Assembly (NCBI GenBank): GCA_965247635.1 | Contig: CBDFHJ010000010.1 | Span: 261,918 to 325,917 of the forward strand | Reading direction: 5' to 3' | Source: Dehalococcoidia bacterium | GTDB lineage: Bacteria; Chloroflexota; Dehalococcoidia; Lucifugimonadales; Australimonadaceae | Length of the DNA: 64,000 nucleotides | Shown here: piece by piece, positions 46,827 through 56,064 of the stretch | Position numbering within the stretch: the first letter of the stretch is position 1 | Layout of the letters: every line of letters begins with the position of its first letter | Translations under genes and position numbers: made by a program | The notes under the pieces: generated by a model | The model's database searches: none | The model's input: the letters and a program-made list of their open reading frames with translations, nothing else | Told to the model about the DNA's origin: nothing

Positions 46827-47747
46827 ATGAATGAGAGCGTGATTCGGACAGATGGGCTGACGAAGCGATATGGCGACATCCTTGCCGTAGACGACCTCTC
46901 ACTGGAGGTGCCCCGCGGACAGGTATTTGGTCTTCTCGGTCCCAACGGATCGGGCAAGACGACCACCATGGGCATGTTGCTTGGGCTGGTCAGACCGACA
47001 ATGGGCAGCTTCAGCCTGTTTGGTGGAAGTACATCCCATCAGAATGCGCTCCATCGTGTCGGCGCCATAGTGGAGACCCCCTCTTTCTACCCGTACATGT
47101 CGGGCCGCGACAACCTCGCCTACTACCAGGGCATCACCGGCAGGGGCAACCGGAAAGAGTTGGACGACTTGCTGAGCAAGGTAGGCCTTGCCGACCGCGC
47201 GAAGAGCCGCTTTCGCACCTACTCCCTGGGCATGAAGCAGCGCCTGGGCTTGGCCTACGCGCTGCTGGGCGATCCTGAGCTCCTGTTCCTGGACGAGCCG
47301 ACCAACGGCATGGACCCTGCGGGCATGGCCGAAGTACGGGAGATGATCCGAAGTCTCGGCACCGGTGGACGCACGGTGTTGTTGTCGAGCCATCTGCTGC
47401 ACGAGGTCGAGCAGGTGTGCGACAGCGTGGCCATCCTCTCCAAGGGGAGGCTCATCGCCCAGGGGAAGGTCGCCGACCTGGTGCATTCCCGAGCGGGCGA
47501 GCGGGTGCGCTTGCGTACCACGGACAATGCGAAGGCCATCGAAGTCCTGTCGGCGCTGGAGTGGGTGGGGGACGTAAGGATAGAAGGCGAGTCGGTGATA
47601 GTGGAGGCTCCGAGCGAGCGGTCGTCGGAGCTGAGTGCTGCTCTGGGCCAGTCTGAGGTCTACGTCACGGAGATGGCAGCCGATGAGATGTCACTGGAGC
47701 AGTACTTCCTGGACATAACTGGCGACGATCAGAAGGAGACTCGATGA
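46827..47747 (+). CDS. ABC transporter ATP-binding protein (ABC-2/DrrA-like)
   Basis: ATG at 46827 after a GAAAGGAAG SD. Walker A GPNGSGKTT, signature YSLGMKQRL and Walker B LLFLDEPT are present. Confidence 0.9.
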   Translation: MNESVIRTDGLTKRYGDILAVDDLSLEVPRGQVFGLLGPNGSGKTTTMGMLLGLVRPTMGSFSLFGGSTSHQNALHRVGAIVETPSFYPYMSGRDNLAYYQGITGRGNRKELDDLLSKVGLADRAKSRFRTYSLGMKQRLGLAYALLGDPELLFLDEPTNGMDPAGMAEVREMIRSLGTGGRTVLLSSHLLHEVEQVCDSVAILSKGRLIAQGKVADLVHSRAGERVRLRTTDNAKAIEVLSALEWVGDVRIEGESVIVEAPSERSSELSAALGQSEVYVTEMAADEMSLEQYFLDITGDDQKETR

Positions 47748-48811
47748 TCGTCCCGGTCCTCCGCCTCACCCGCTGGGAGTGGTTCAAGCTCCGCAAGCGA
47801 TGGATGCCGTGGATACTCGTATTCGTTGCCGTCGCCATCGCCCAGGCCACTCTATGGGGCATGTTCTACTCGTACAACGACCGTCCGTCCGTTGAAGAGC
47901 AGACCACCTTTTACTTGCCGGGGCCAGTGGATGCAGCTGGGAACTCTGCTGCTATTCCCGTAAGCTGCGTCGACATCTGGGAGGGCACCGCCGATGCCAA
48001 GGTGGAGCAGAGTGATGAAAAGCTTCGAGAGGACGCACTCAAGACGGTGGAGTTCCTGCGGGAGGTAGTGTGCCAAGACCAGATTGAGGAGGAAGCTCGG
48101 TTCCGCGACAACACCCGCCAGAGTTTCGTCCTCCCCAACAGTCTTTCCAACGGGCTCGCCGTTGCTCATAGCATCGGGGCCGTCCTCATCATGATCCTGG
48201 CCGCCTCTGTGCTCGGCACCGAGTACGGTTGGGGCACCTTGCGAGCGACCTTAGCCAGAGGTGTCAATCGCTGGCAGTTCCTGGGGTCGAAGGCGTTGTC
48301 GCTTCTGCTGTTGGGCGCCGGTGGGTTCATCATCGTGGCTCTGACCGTCGCGGTCAGCAGCCTGATCGCCGCTTCGCTGCTCGTTGACGACGGAGGGCTT
48401 ACAGACTCCGGCGAGTGGTCTACTGCGGCGGTGATGTTTGGCAAGGCGGTCTACGGGCTGATGCCGTACGCCATCCTGGCGCTGTTCCTCTCGGTGCTGA
48501 CTTCATCATCGAGCATGGGGATCGCCTTCTCTCTGGCGTACTTCTTCGTCGAGTCGATTCTCGTCCAGATACTTGACGAACTGTTCGAGTGGTTCGGCAA
48601 CGTGACCGACTTCCTGCTGGGTCCCAGCGTTACCTCATGGATGACCGAGACGGGCATCCGCACGACCGGTCAGGGGTCCATGTTCCCCGTGAGCCATCCG
48701 TCGAGTCAGCTGCACGCCTTCCTCGTCATCACGGCGTACATCATTATCATCGGTGTAGCTGCCTTCTGGCTCTTCCAGCGTAAGGACATCGCCGGAGCGA
48801 GGGGCGAATGA
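47744..48811 (+). CDS. ABC-2-type permease, paralog 1
   Basis: 355 aa. ATGA overlap with the ATPase gene. N-terminus MIVPVLRLTRWEWFKLRKRWMPWIL, six predicted TM spans and a large first external loop. Confidence 0.8.
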   Translation: MIVPVLRLTRWEWFKLRKRWMPWILVFVAVAIAQATLWGMFYSYNDRPSVEEQTTFYLPGPVDAAGNSAAIPVSCVDIWEGTADAKVEQSDEKLREDALKTVEFLREVVCQDQIEEEARFRDNTRQSFVLPNSLSNGLAVAHSIGAVLIMILAASVLGTEYGWGTLRATLARGVNRWQFLGSKALSLLLLGAGGFIIVALTVAVSSLIAASLLVDDGGLTDSGEWSTAAVMFGKAVYGLMPYAILALFLSVLTSSSSMGIAFSLAYFFVESILVQILDELFEWFGNVTDFLLGPSVTSWMTETGIRTTGQGSMFPVSHPSSQLHAFLVITAYIIIIGVAAFWLFQRKDIAGARGE

Positions 48812-49878
48812 TCGTCCCAGTCCTTCGCCTCACCCGCTGGGAGTGGTTCAAGCTTCGCAAGAGATGGATGCCGTGGATTCTGCTTGGCATCGTTGCCATT
48901 GTGACCCAGATATCGGTATGGGGCAGCTTCTCGGCCTACCAGAGTTCCCGAGCGCCCCTCGCTGCGGAGTTCAGTGCTAGCTTTGAATCCAGCGTAACCC
49001 ACCCCGACGGCGGCCTCATTGAGTTGAGCGTTCAGTGCGGCGATACCCTAGACCAGACTGTGCCACAGGAAGTGCTGTCGCGCCTCAGCGATGAGGACCG
49101 CGCAAGACTCGATGAAGAGATTGGCTGGGAACTACGCCGTTGCGCGGGCCTGTCGGTGCGGGAATCCCATCGACAGGAAGCGAGGGAGAGATTTGTGCTC
49201 CCAGACAGTCTCGCCAACGCACTCGGAGTCGCCCATTACATCGGCCTTCTCCTCGTTATGATCCTGGGAGCGTCGACAGTCGGCGCGGAGTACGGTTGGG
49301 GCACCTTACGAACAGCGTTGACGAAGGGTACCGGCAGGTGGCAGTTCCTGGGGGCGAAATCGTTGTCGCTCGTGCTATTGAGTGTTGCCGGGCTGCTTGT
49401 CGTATCCCTGACCGTCGTGGTCAGCAGCCTGATCGCCGCTTCACTCACACTAGGCGACGGCGGTGGGCTGGCCGGTGCCGGCCAGTGGTCAACGGTGGCG
49501 GTGATGTTTGGCAAGGCGACCTATGTGCTGGTCGCGTACGCTATCCTTGCGCTGTTCCTCACGGTACTGACCTCATCGTCAAGTATGGGGATCGCGATGT
49601 CTCTTGCTTACTACTTCGCTGAGCTCATACTCGGACGCATCCTGGGTGACCTTTTCGCCTGGTTCGACAAGGTGTCCGACTTCCTGATTGGATTCAACAC
49701 GGCCGCCTGGATGACCGAAACCGGGGTGGTGACGACCGAGGGGACCCTGTTCCCCGTCAGTGACCCGCCTGGTGTGCTGCACGCCTTTCTTGTCCTGCTG
49801 GCCTACATCGTCGTGCTGGGCGCGGCGGCGTTCTGGCTCTTCCAACGCAGAGACGTGGCAGGCGCGAGAGGAGAATGA
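48808..49878 (+). CDS. ABC-2-type permease, paralog 2
   Basis: 356 aa, with ATGA overlap. The N-terminal 25 residues are identical to paralog 1. Confidence 0.8.
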   Translation: MIVPVLRLTRWEWFKLRKRWMPWILLGIVAIVTQISVWGSFSAYQSSRAPLAAEFSASFESSVTHPDGGLIELSVQCGDTLDQTVPQEVLSRLSDEDRARLDEEIGWELRRCAGLSVRESHRQEARERFVLPDSLANALGVAHYIGLLLVMILGASTVGAEYGWGTLRTALTKGTGRWQFLGAKSLSLVLLSVAGLLVVSLTVVVSSLIAASLTLGDGGGLAGAGQWSTVAVMFGKATYVLVAYAILALFLTVLTSSSSMGIAMSLAYYFAELILGRILGDLFAWFDKVSDFLIGFNTAAWMTETGVVTTEGTLFPVSDPPGVLHAFLVLLAYIVVLGAAAFWLFQRRDVAGARGE

Positions 49879-50930
49879 TCGTCACGGTACTACGCCTCAC
49901 CCGTTGGGAATTCTTCAAGCTACGCAGCCGATGGATGCCGTGGATACTTCTTGGCATCGTCATCCTCATCACCCAGTTCTTCCTCTGGGGCAGCCACATT
50001 GCATACCACAATAAGTCGGTGCAGGAGCTCTTCTCAGGGTCGGTTGGTCCGATCAAGGCGACGATTGAGAAGGACGGTCAACCTGTACCCATAGAATTGA
50101 CCTGCGACGACATCCTAAGCGGAAACATCCCCCCAGAGATCGAGGCCCTCCCTGAAAGTGAATGGGAGGGCCTTCTGGGAGACGTGGAGGCGTTCCGAGC
50201 CGACTGTGCAGAGGTATACGGACGTGAGGTGCTTCGCGAGGGCTTCACTCTCCCGAGCGGCGTTACCGGGGGTATCGGAGTGGCGCACGGCCTTGTCGGC
50301 TTCCTCATCTTGATTCTTGCAGCGTCCCTTACAGGTGCTGAGTATGGGTGGGGCACTCTGCGTAACGCCCTGACCAGAGGCGTCGGGCGCTGGCAACTCC
50401 TTGCGTCCAAGCTCCTCTTGCTCCTGTTGCTCGGGGCGGCCGCCATCATCGTCGTATCCATCCTGATCGCCGTCGCCAGCGTCATAACCGCCATCATTCC
50501 TCCAGACGAGACGGGAGGGCTCTTCGGTTCCGGCAAGTGGTCCGAAGCCGCGGTGACGTTTGGCAAATCGGTCTATGGGATGGCCCCATTCATCGTGCTG
50601 GCCACGTTCCTAGCGGTGCTGACCCAGTCATCCTCCACAGGCATCTCTTTGTCCCTGGGGTATTACGTCACTGAGATGATAGTCACTCCTATCTTCCTTT
50701 TCACCTCCTGGCTTCAAAACGTCCCCTACTACCTGATCGGCCAGAACGTGAACCTTTGGATGAGCCAGGCCGCTGTCTTCAGTGCTGAAGTCACGAGGGA
50801 TGGTGTGCCGCTCGAACCTCCAGGCACGCTGCACGCCTTTCTCGTGCTGCTTGCGTACATTATCGTGCTCGGCGCTGCCACCTTCTGGCTGTTCCAGCGC
50901 AGAGACGTGACTGGAGCAAAGGGTGAGTGA
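49875..50930 (+). CDS. ABC-2-type permease, paralog 3
   Basis: 351 aa, with ATGA overlap and the same architecture. Confidence 0.8.
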   Translation: MIVTVLRLTRWEFFKLRSRWMPWILLGIVILITQFFLWGSHIAYHNKSVQELFSGSVGPIKATIEKDGQPVPIELTCDDILSGNIPPEIEALPESEWEGLLGDVEAFRADCAEVYGREVLREGFTLPSGVTGGIGVAHGLVGFLILILAASLTGAEYGWGTLRNALTRGVGRWQLLASKLLLLLLLGAAAIIVVSILIAVASVITAIIPPDETGGLFGSGKWSEAAVTFGKSVYGMAPFIVLATFLAVLTQSSSTGISLSLGYYVTEMIVTPIFLFTSWLQNVPYYLIGQNVNLWMSQAAVFSAEVTRDGVPLEPPGTLHAFLVLLAYIIVLGAATFWLFQRRDVTGAKGE

Positions 50931-51010
50931 TTGTCCACATCCTGCGCCTCCCACGAGGGGAGCGGTTCAAGCTCCGGCGCGGGAAGCCCCACGGTTGTCG
51001 CCCTCTACTA
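50927..51010 (+). pseudogene. Decayed start of a fourth permease paralog
   Basis: GTGA overlap. (V)IVHILRLPRGERFKLRRGKP compares with MIVPVLRLTRWEWFKLRKRWMP. Similarity is lost after about 25 codons. Confidence 0.6.
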
Positions 51011-51274
51011 CATCAAATCCCACTGCCCACGAGTACCAGAATCTTAAGTGTGGAGCTACCCTCGCTTAATTCCTCTCCAATAGGGAAGTTAAACATGACT
51101 CGTGGCACCCATGTGTGCTGATTTCGCCGCCTTGGGGACGTGGGAACTCTAGGACGACACCTCTGGGCCTGCTAGGGCACATGGGGTCACGAAGGTAGCC
51201 GCAGCGTCATCCCTAAGGTGACCTAGCCAGGTCTTGTGGAGATAGTGGAAGCAACAGGAGAGTATGCACCCAAG

Positions 51275-51616
51275 CTATTCGATCAGGATTCCTTCCTCGA
51301 ACAGGCTCTCACAAGTGGTGTGGTTCGTGGCGATTTCTCTGTTGATGATGACGTAGTCGTCGGATCCCGAGGAGCTGACATGCCAGCTACAGCCATGCTC
51401 CGTTCGTTCTCCTTTAACAATATACATGCGACTGTTGTCCAGCTCTTCTCCCCTGCGGTAAATGACAATCCCATCTTGTTGTAGCCATTCGGCAACAACG
51501 GGATCATCCACTTCCAGGCTGGGCTGGAACGGCCACAGCATGAAGTAATAGGCAGCGAAGAGGATAAATCCGACTACTAGGACCACGCCGACAACTATGG
51601 GGATTGAATATCTCAT
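51275..51616 (-). CDS. Small N-terminally anchored hypothetical protein
   Basis: 113-aa ORF with anchor IPIVVGVVLVVGFILFAAYYF. Confidence 0.5.
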   Translation of the reverse strand: MRYSIPIVVGVVLVVGFILFAAYYFMLWPFQPSLEVDDPVVAEWLQQDGIVIYRRGEELDNSRMYIVKGERTEHGCSWHVSSSGSDDYVIINREIATNHTTCESLFEEGILIE

Positions 51617-51644
51617 ACGGGGTTAATTGTAGCCCAAATCTACT

Positions 51645-52002
51645 CCGGGAGCCATGTGATGGAGTACGTGCGGTCCACGTTGCGCCCCAGCGTGCTGCCC
51701 GCCGCTGCGGTAGAGGAGATGGATGATGGGAACGTAGTTGTGGTGGCGGATGGCCCGTGGCTAGGCAACTTCCCAGGGGTCAGCACGGGACGGTGTTCGT
51801 GACCATCGAGGACGAGACGGGGAATGTGCAGCTCATCCTGTGGCCTAGGGTCTTTGCCCGGTGCCGCAGGGCGCTGGGGAACCAGGTAATCCTTGCCAGG
51901 GGCAGGGTCTCCCGGTGGGACGGCGCCACCAACGTGGTCGTGTCAGAAGTGGAGCGCATCGGCGCGAAGGTCGCCATGCTAACTGCCCATGATTGGCACT
52001 AG
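51645..52002 (+). pseudogene. dnaE2: Error-prone DNA polymerase DnaE2-type C-terminal remnant (OB-fold region), 5'-truncated and frameshifted
   Basis: SHVMEYVRSTLRPSVLPAAAVEEMDDGNVVVVA, then a frame change near 51750, then ARQLPRGQHGTVFVTIEDETGNVQLILWPRVF... The pattern matches the last ~115 residues of DnaE-type alpha subunits. Confidence 0.6.
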
Positions 52003-52163
52003 ACGGGAAGGTATTTGGGGAAGTGCAACCGAGGTCTATTCTTGGCGGAGATGCCGCCAAAGTGGGATAATTGAGAGGAACTATGAAAGGAATGGAACGG
52101 CGATTCTGCTCCGCTAATTTAGTGGAATCGGGACGTGGAATCGTCTTTCCCAACTGAACGTAG

Positions 52164-52886
52164 ATGTGTGGAAGATACAGCCTGATAGCGGGCATAGGAG
52201 AGCTGCAAGAGCGGTTCGGATCTGACGGCTCTGAACTGACCCACGTTCCCCGCTACAACATAGCCCCTACCCAGATGGCCCTCTCCGTGACTAACGGCGG
52301 CAGAAGGCGGGGCTCCTACATGCGGTGGGGACTGATACCCTCCTGGGCCAAAAGCGCATCGGTGGGTAGCCGCATGATAAACGCTCGCGCCGAGACCCTG
52401 GCCGAGCGGTCCAGCTTCCGCACTGCGTTACAGAGACGACGGTGCCTGGTCCTCGCCGACGGGTTCTACGAGTGGCAGGGGAAAGGCTCCAGCAGGAGGC
52501 CCATGCGGATCGTGATGGCGTCGAGGGAGCCCTTCGCCTTCGCGGGTCTCTGGGATGGATGGCGGGACCCGAAGGGCGAGGTCGTCCGGTCCTGCGCCAT
52601 CATCACCACGTCGGCCAACGAGTTGCTTAGCCCCATCCACGACCGGATGCCGGTCGTCCTACCGAGGGAGCTGGAGTCCCTCTGGCTGGACCATGACATA
52701 CAGGACTACGCCGCCCTCGCCGGAATTCTGACTCCTTACATCACCGACGAGATGGAGGCATACGAAGTCTCCTCCCTGGTCAACAGCCCCGCCAACGACG
52801 GACCGGAAATGGTCGTTCCTGTAGGGCAGGTCAGGCCGTGCGACGGCCCTGCTCTGAGGTTGCCACTATGGAGGGAGACGCCGTGA
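52164..52886 (+). CDS. SOS-response-associated peptidase (SRAP/YedK, DUF159) family protein
   Basis: MCGRYSL with catalytic Cys2, plus YNIAPTQ, RWGLIPSWAK, INARAETL and ADGFYEW. Confidence 0.9.
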   Translation: MCGRYSLIAGIGELQERFGSDGSELTHVPRYNIAPTQMALSVTNGGRRRGSYMRWGLIPSWAKSASVGSRMINARAETLAERSSFRTALQRRRCLVLADGFYEWQGKGSSRRPMRIVMASREPFAFAGLWDGWRDPKGEVVRSCAIITTSANELLSPIHDRMPVVLPRELESLWLDHDIQDYAALAGILTPYITDEMEAYEVSSLVNSPANDGPEMVVPVGQVRPCDGPALRLPLWRETP

Positions 52887-53638
52887 CGATTGCTCTTCCC
52901 AAATGGGATTTCTTGGTGACGGCTGGATTTGCCGCTATTGCGGGCGCGGGTGTCGCGTCGAGCTTCACGGTGTTTGACGACGCCAGCACATGGTACCTTG
53001 GTCTGGTTGCGGTAGTCACGCTGGGCGCGTACCCCCTTCTTGCGGGCTCGCTATCGCCACCGCTCAGAAATGTTGCGCTCTTCCCCATCAGCATATTGTT
53101 CGGCCTTTCAGTCGCGTGGGCTATCGACGGGCCGCTCTCTTCAGATTCACATCCCATCTGGTTCATCTTCGTCCTCACCATATTCTATGGTGGCGGGGCA
53201 TCTGTGGGATTCTGTGTGGGCTGGATAGCTAGGCAGTACCTTCTCCGGTTACGGGGACATAGGATGCCCATGAGCCACCTGGCCATGGCGTCGCTGGTGG
53301 CTGTTTGTCTCTCGTTCGCCCTCACTGTGCTCTATTTTGGGTTCGCTGCCATTCCCGATCTGAGTGGATTGATAGGAGTCGTTGCGGGGACCGCGATCAT
53401 CTGGAGTGATCGCCACAGGGGTCGTTGGAGTTCGCTTGGACTTGGACTTTCCCTGCTCTACCTGGGGGCATCAATAGGAACGCCGGTCTACTGGGGGGCA
53501 TCTGTCGTCAAAGTATTGGTCTACACGGCAACAGGGTATGGGTATGGGTGGGTCGCGCTGGCTCTGGTCGGGCTTGCGGTTTGGAACATTCTCAAATGGA
53601 GGCAAGGCGGCGAAAGAGCCGCCTTGGGTGATTCGTAA
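52868..53638 (+). CDS. Polytopic membrane protein, unknown function (start uncertain)
   Basis: ORF 52838..53638, with ATG at 52868 preferred. Multiple hydrophobic helices. Overlaps the SRAP gene's 3' end. Confidence 0.5.
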   Translation: MEGDAVTIALPKWDFLVTAGFAAIAGAGVASSFTVFDDASTWYLGLVAVVTLGAYPLLAGSLSPPLRNVALFPISILFGLSVAWAIDGPLSSDSHPIWFIFVLTIFYGGGASVGFCVGWIARQYLLRLRGHRMPMSHLAMASLVAVCLSFALTVLYFGFAAIPDLSGLIGVVAGTAIIWSDRHRGRWSSLGLGLSLLYLGASIGTPVYWGASVVKVLVYTATGYGYGWVALALVGLAVWNILKWRQGGERAALGDS

Positions 53639-53806
53639 TCGATGACGGTACTGCCGTTGTGTTGACCATTACCGAAATCGAAAAGGATGAGATTGAAGAA
53701 TAGGCGGTCCAGGCCATCAAGTATACAGCTATGTGCCCTGGCAGTTGGGGAGTCGGCACGAGCGTTAGCAGTTGGTTTGACATCGGCTAGCGGCAGAGTG
53801 CACTAG

Positions 53807-54490
53807 ATGAAGCGGCTTAGTCTCTTACACAGGTTCTACAGCGCCTTATGTGGTGAGAAGCTCTTCTCCTCATCGCCAGGACACAGGGTATCGCACAGCC
53901 GGCAGGTTGTAGACCTGCCTATTCTTCACTTTGCGGAGCCGGACAGCTTCACGTTCGAGCCATTGGTGCTGGATGTTTCTCATCTCGGCATGGGGTTCCG
54001 CCTCAAACAGTGGGGGTCCACCGAATCTGGCCGCTGCAACTTCCTGAGCATGTGTTACGTGTCGCCCGCATTCGACAGTCCGTCACGCTGCATCCAGGTC
54101 GACCAGCGCGACCTGGTAAAGTCTAACGTTATCCCCGATCCATCCGTCTCAGACGAAGGGAGGCAAGAGGTCCGGCTAATTAGACATCAGGAGCTGTACC
54201 CCGAACCAGACCGGGAGCTATGGTTCCATCACACCACCAAGGAGGCTGTTGCAATAGATGCTCTGGGGCCGAATGCGGTCATGGACTCGTGGCAAGGCCC
54301 ACGGCGGAGTTATCAGGTCGTACGGAGCTTTCTGGGTGGAGTCGAGCTCGTGGCCGTACTGTCGGCCATGGACGGGCAGGAGGCCCTCAGCCTGTTGGAA
54401 CGGCTTGTTCCGATCGTGGCTGATAGCCCCCTGGCCCGGTGGCATGACGCCCAGCAGGAGGCGTACATGCACCTTCTGGAGACACTTTAG
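53807..54490 (+). CDS. Hypothetical protein (227 aa)
   Basis: ORF only. The C-terminal third (..VELVAVLSAMDGQEALSLLERLVPI) resembles the C-terminus of the next gene product. Confidence 0.45.
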   Translation: MKRLSLLHRFYSALCGEKLFSSSPGHRVSHSRQVVDLPILHFAEPDSFTFEPLVLDVSHLGMGFRLKQWGSTESGRCNFLSMCYVSPAFDSPSRCIQVDQRDLVKSNVIPDPSVSDEGRQEVRLIRHQELYPEPDRELWFHHTTKEAVAIDALGPNAVMDSWQGPRRSYQVVRSFLGGVELVAVLSAMDGQEALSLLERLVPIVADSPLARWHDAQQEAYMHLLETL

Positions 54491-54552
54491 TGCGGCATAG
54501 CCTCCGCTCAATATTTCGTGCAGTCGCGCGAAAGGGGGGCACTAATGGCCTC

Positions 54553-54643
54553 CGTAGACCGTCAACGAGGGTTGGACACGTCCGAGGGACACAGAACCCG
54601 AGAGTGTGAGTGGTATGAGGTCCCCAAACGAAAGTAGAGTACC
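54553..54643 (+). mobile_element. Diverged remnant of an IS-A-family left end (terminal repeat plus leader)
   Basis: cgtagaccgtcaacga..ggacac..gaacccgagagtgtgag..aaagtagagtacc aligns with IS-A tgtagaccgtcagcga..gggacac..aaacccgagagtcggag..agggtagagctacc. Confidence 0.5.
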
Positions 54644-54814
54644 TTGGATGCGGCGCATCCCTGCTTGCGGGTCAGGCAGGATGTCGTGGCGCACAGTTCA
54701 TCCGGCAAGTCGAAAGTCCTATGCCCGAAACGTCTGCTTGGCAGGCTTCCCGGCCATTGGGAGTTGGGCAAGTGGTCATTTTCCCAAGGGACGATGGTCG
54801 ATTGAGCGATAGTT

Positions 54815-55960
54815 ATGGCTGATAATCAACCAGACGGCTTTGTGGAGGCTCAGGCGCGCAATACCCGTTGCCACAGGTGCGGCGGTTTGTTGGGCATGGG
54901 GCAGGCAATGCTACTGCGTGCGGAAACAGGCCAGGTAGATCAGATCCCCCAGGACCAACTTGGCCTCCTCGAATCATCGCTCCAGTGGCACATGGATGAG
55001 ATGGCAAGTGACCCGGCTCGTGTCCTCGAAAAGCTCCGGGAGCAAATGGGCCGGTCGCGAAGCGGTAACGTCCACCCGCTTAGGAGGTTACTGCTCAGGC
55101 TACGCCGGATGTTAAAAGGCCCTGCCCCGATAGGCTATTTCGGCTACGAGGCATTCAAGGGTGATATGTTCTGTCGCACATGTGGGGAGAAGTCGATTGA
55201 AGGAAGAGCAGCTACGTACTCCCAGAAGGACACCGGCAACGTGCTCAAGCGGCTACTGTATCGGCTGAAGGAGAGGCATCTCTTCGTGGCCGCCCTGAGA
55301 CGCAACGCATCCTACGAGACTGTAACGGGCCTCATCGATCTGTCCCGCCTGGTGGCCGATGCTGCATTCCCGGTTTATGGTCTCAAGGGTAGTCCCCTGG
55401 GACTGCGCCTAGAGGACGTAGGCTGGAGTAGCAAAGGGAATGGTCGCAATGTTGATCGTGTCACACTTACCTATGTTGCAGGGGGGCCGAAGGGCGCTCA
55501 ACAGGCCATAGAGCTAAGCCAGCATGCCGACACCACCGGAGTATCCAACGAAAGCCGTCTTTCTAGGGAGTTAGACGCCATCCTTATCCTGGTGAAGTCT
55601 CACGGCTCAGAGAAGTTGAGGCGAGAGTATCAGCGCAGAGGCAACATCCACCGCGACTGGAATCTGGCGCGCATCAGCAGCGCCGAGGGTCGAAGGTTGA
55701 CTGTCGAAGTGGATGGAGCACCAGCTGACGTGGAACTGGCCTTCTGGTGGGAGCCGGAACCGGTGGGTCTGGCCCACATCATGCGAGACGGTGACTCGAT
55801 CCTGGCTACGTCGATCGGCATCACGCATGTACGGCTGCTCAGCCTACTCAAGACGATGGTAGTGCTCCAAAGGGACCCTGAAACCCTAGCGGGGCACCAG
55901 CAGGAACGCGAGCAGACTTACAGATACAGGACAAGCCCCCAGCGCGGGACACCATCCTAG
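54815..55960 (+). CDS. Hypothetical protein with two CxxC pairs (381 aa)
   Basis: ORF with CHRCGG and CRTCGEK motifs and a C-terminal beta-rich domain (VEVDGAPADVELAFWWEP..ILATSIGITHVRLLSLLKTMVVL). Confidence 0.5.
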   Translation: MADNQPDGFVEAQARNTRCHRCGGLLGMGQAMLLRAETGQVDQIPQDQLGLLESSLQWHMDEMASDPARVLEKLREQMGRSRSGNVHPLRRLLLRLRRMLKGPAPIGYFGYEAFKGDMFCRTCGEKSIEGRAATYSQKDTGNVLKRLLYRLKERHLFVAALRRNASYETVTGLIDLSRLVADAAFPVYGLKGSPLGLRLEDVGWSSKGNGRNVDRVTLTYVAGGPKGAQQAIELSQHADTTGVSNESRLSRELDAILILVKSHGSEKLRREYQRRGNIHRDWNLARISSAEGRRLTVEVDGAPADVELAFWWEPEPVGLAHIMRDGDSILATSIGITHVRLLSLLKTMVVLQRDPETLAGHQQEREQTYRYRTSPQRGTPS

Positions 55961-56064
55961 AACAATGCGAAGCATATTGAGGTTCAGCTTTGCTCAATAG
56001 GCCCTACTGGAGACAGTCTCCTGTTAGCAACCAGCAAAAGTGGGACACATTGGGAGCCGAGAGA

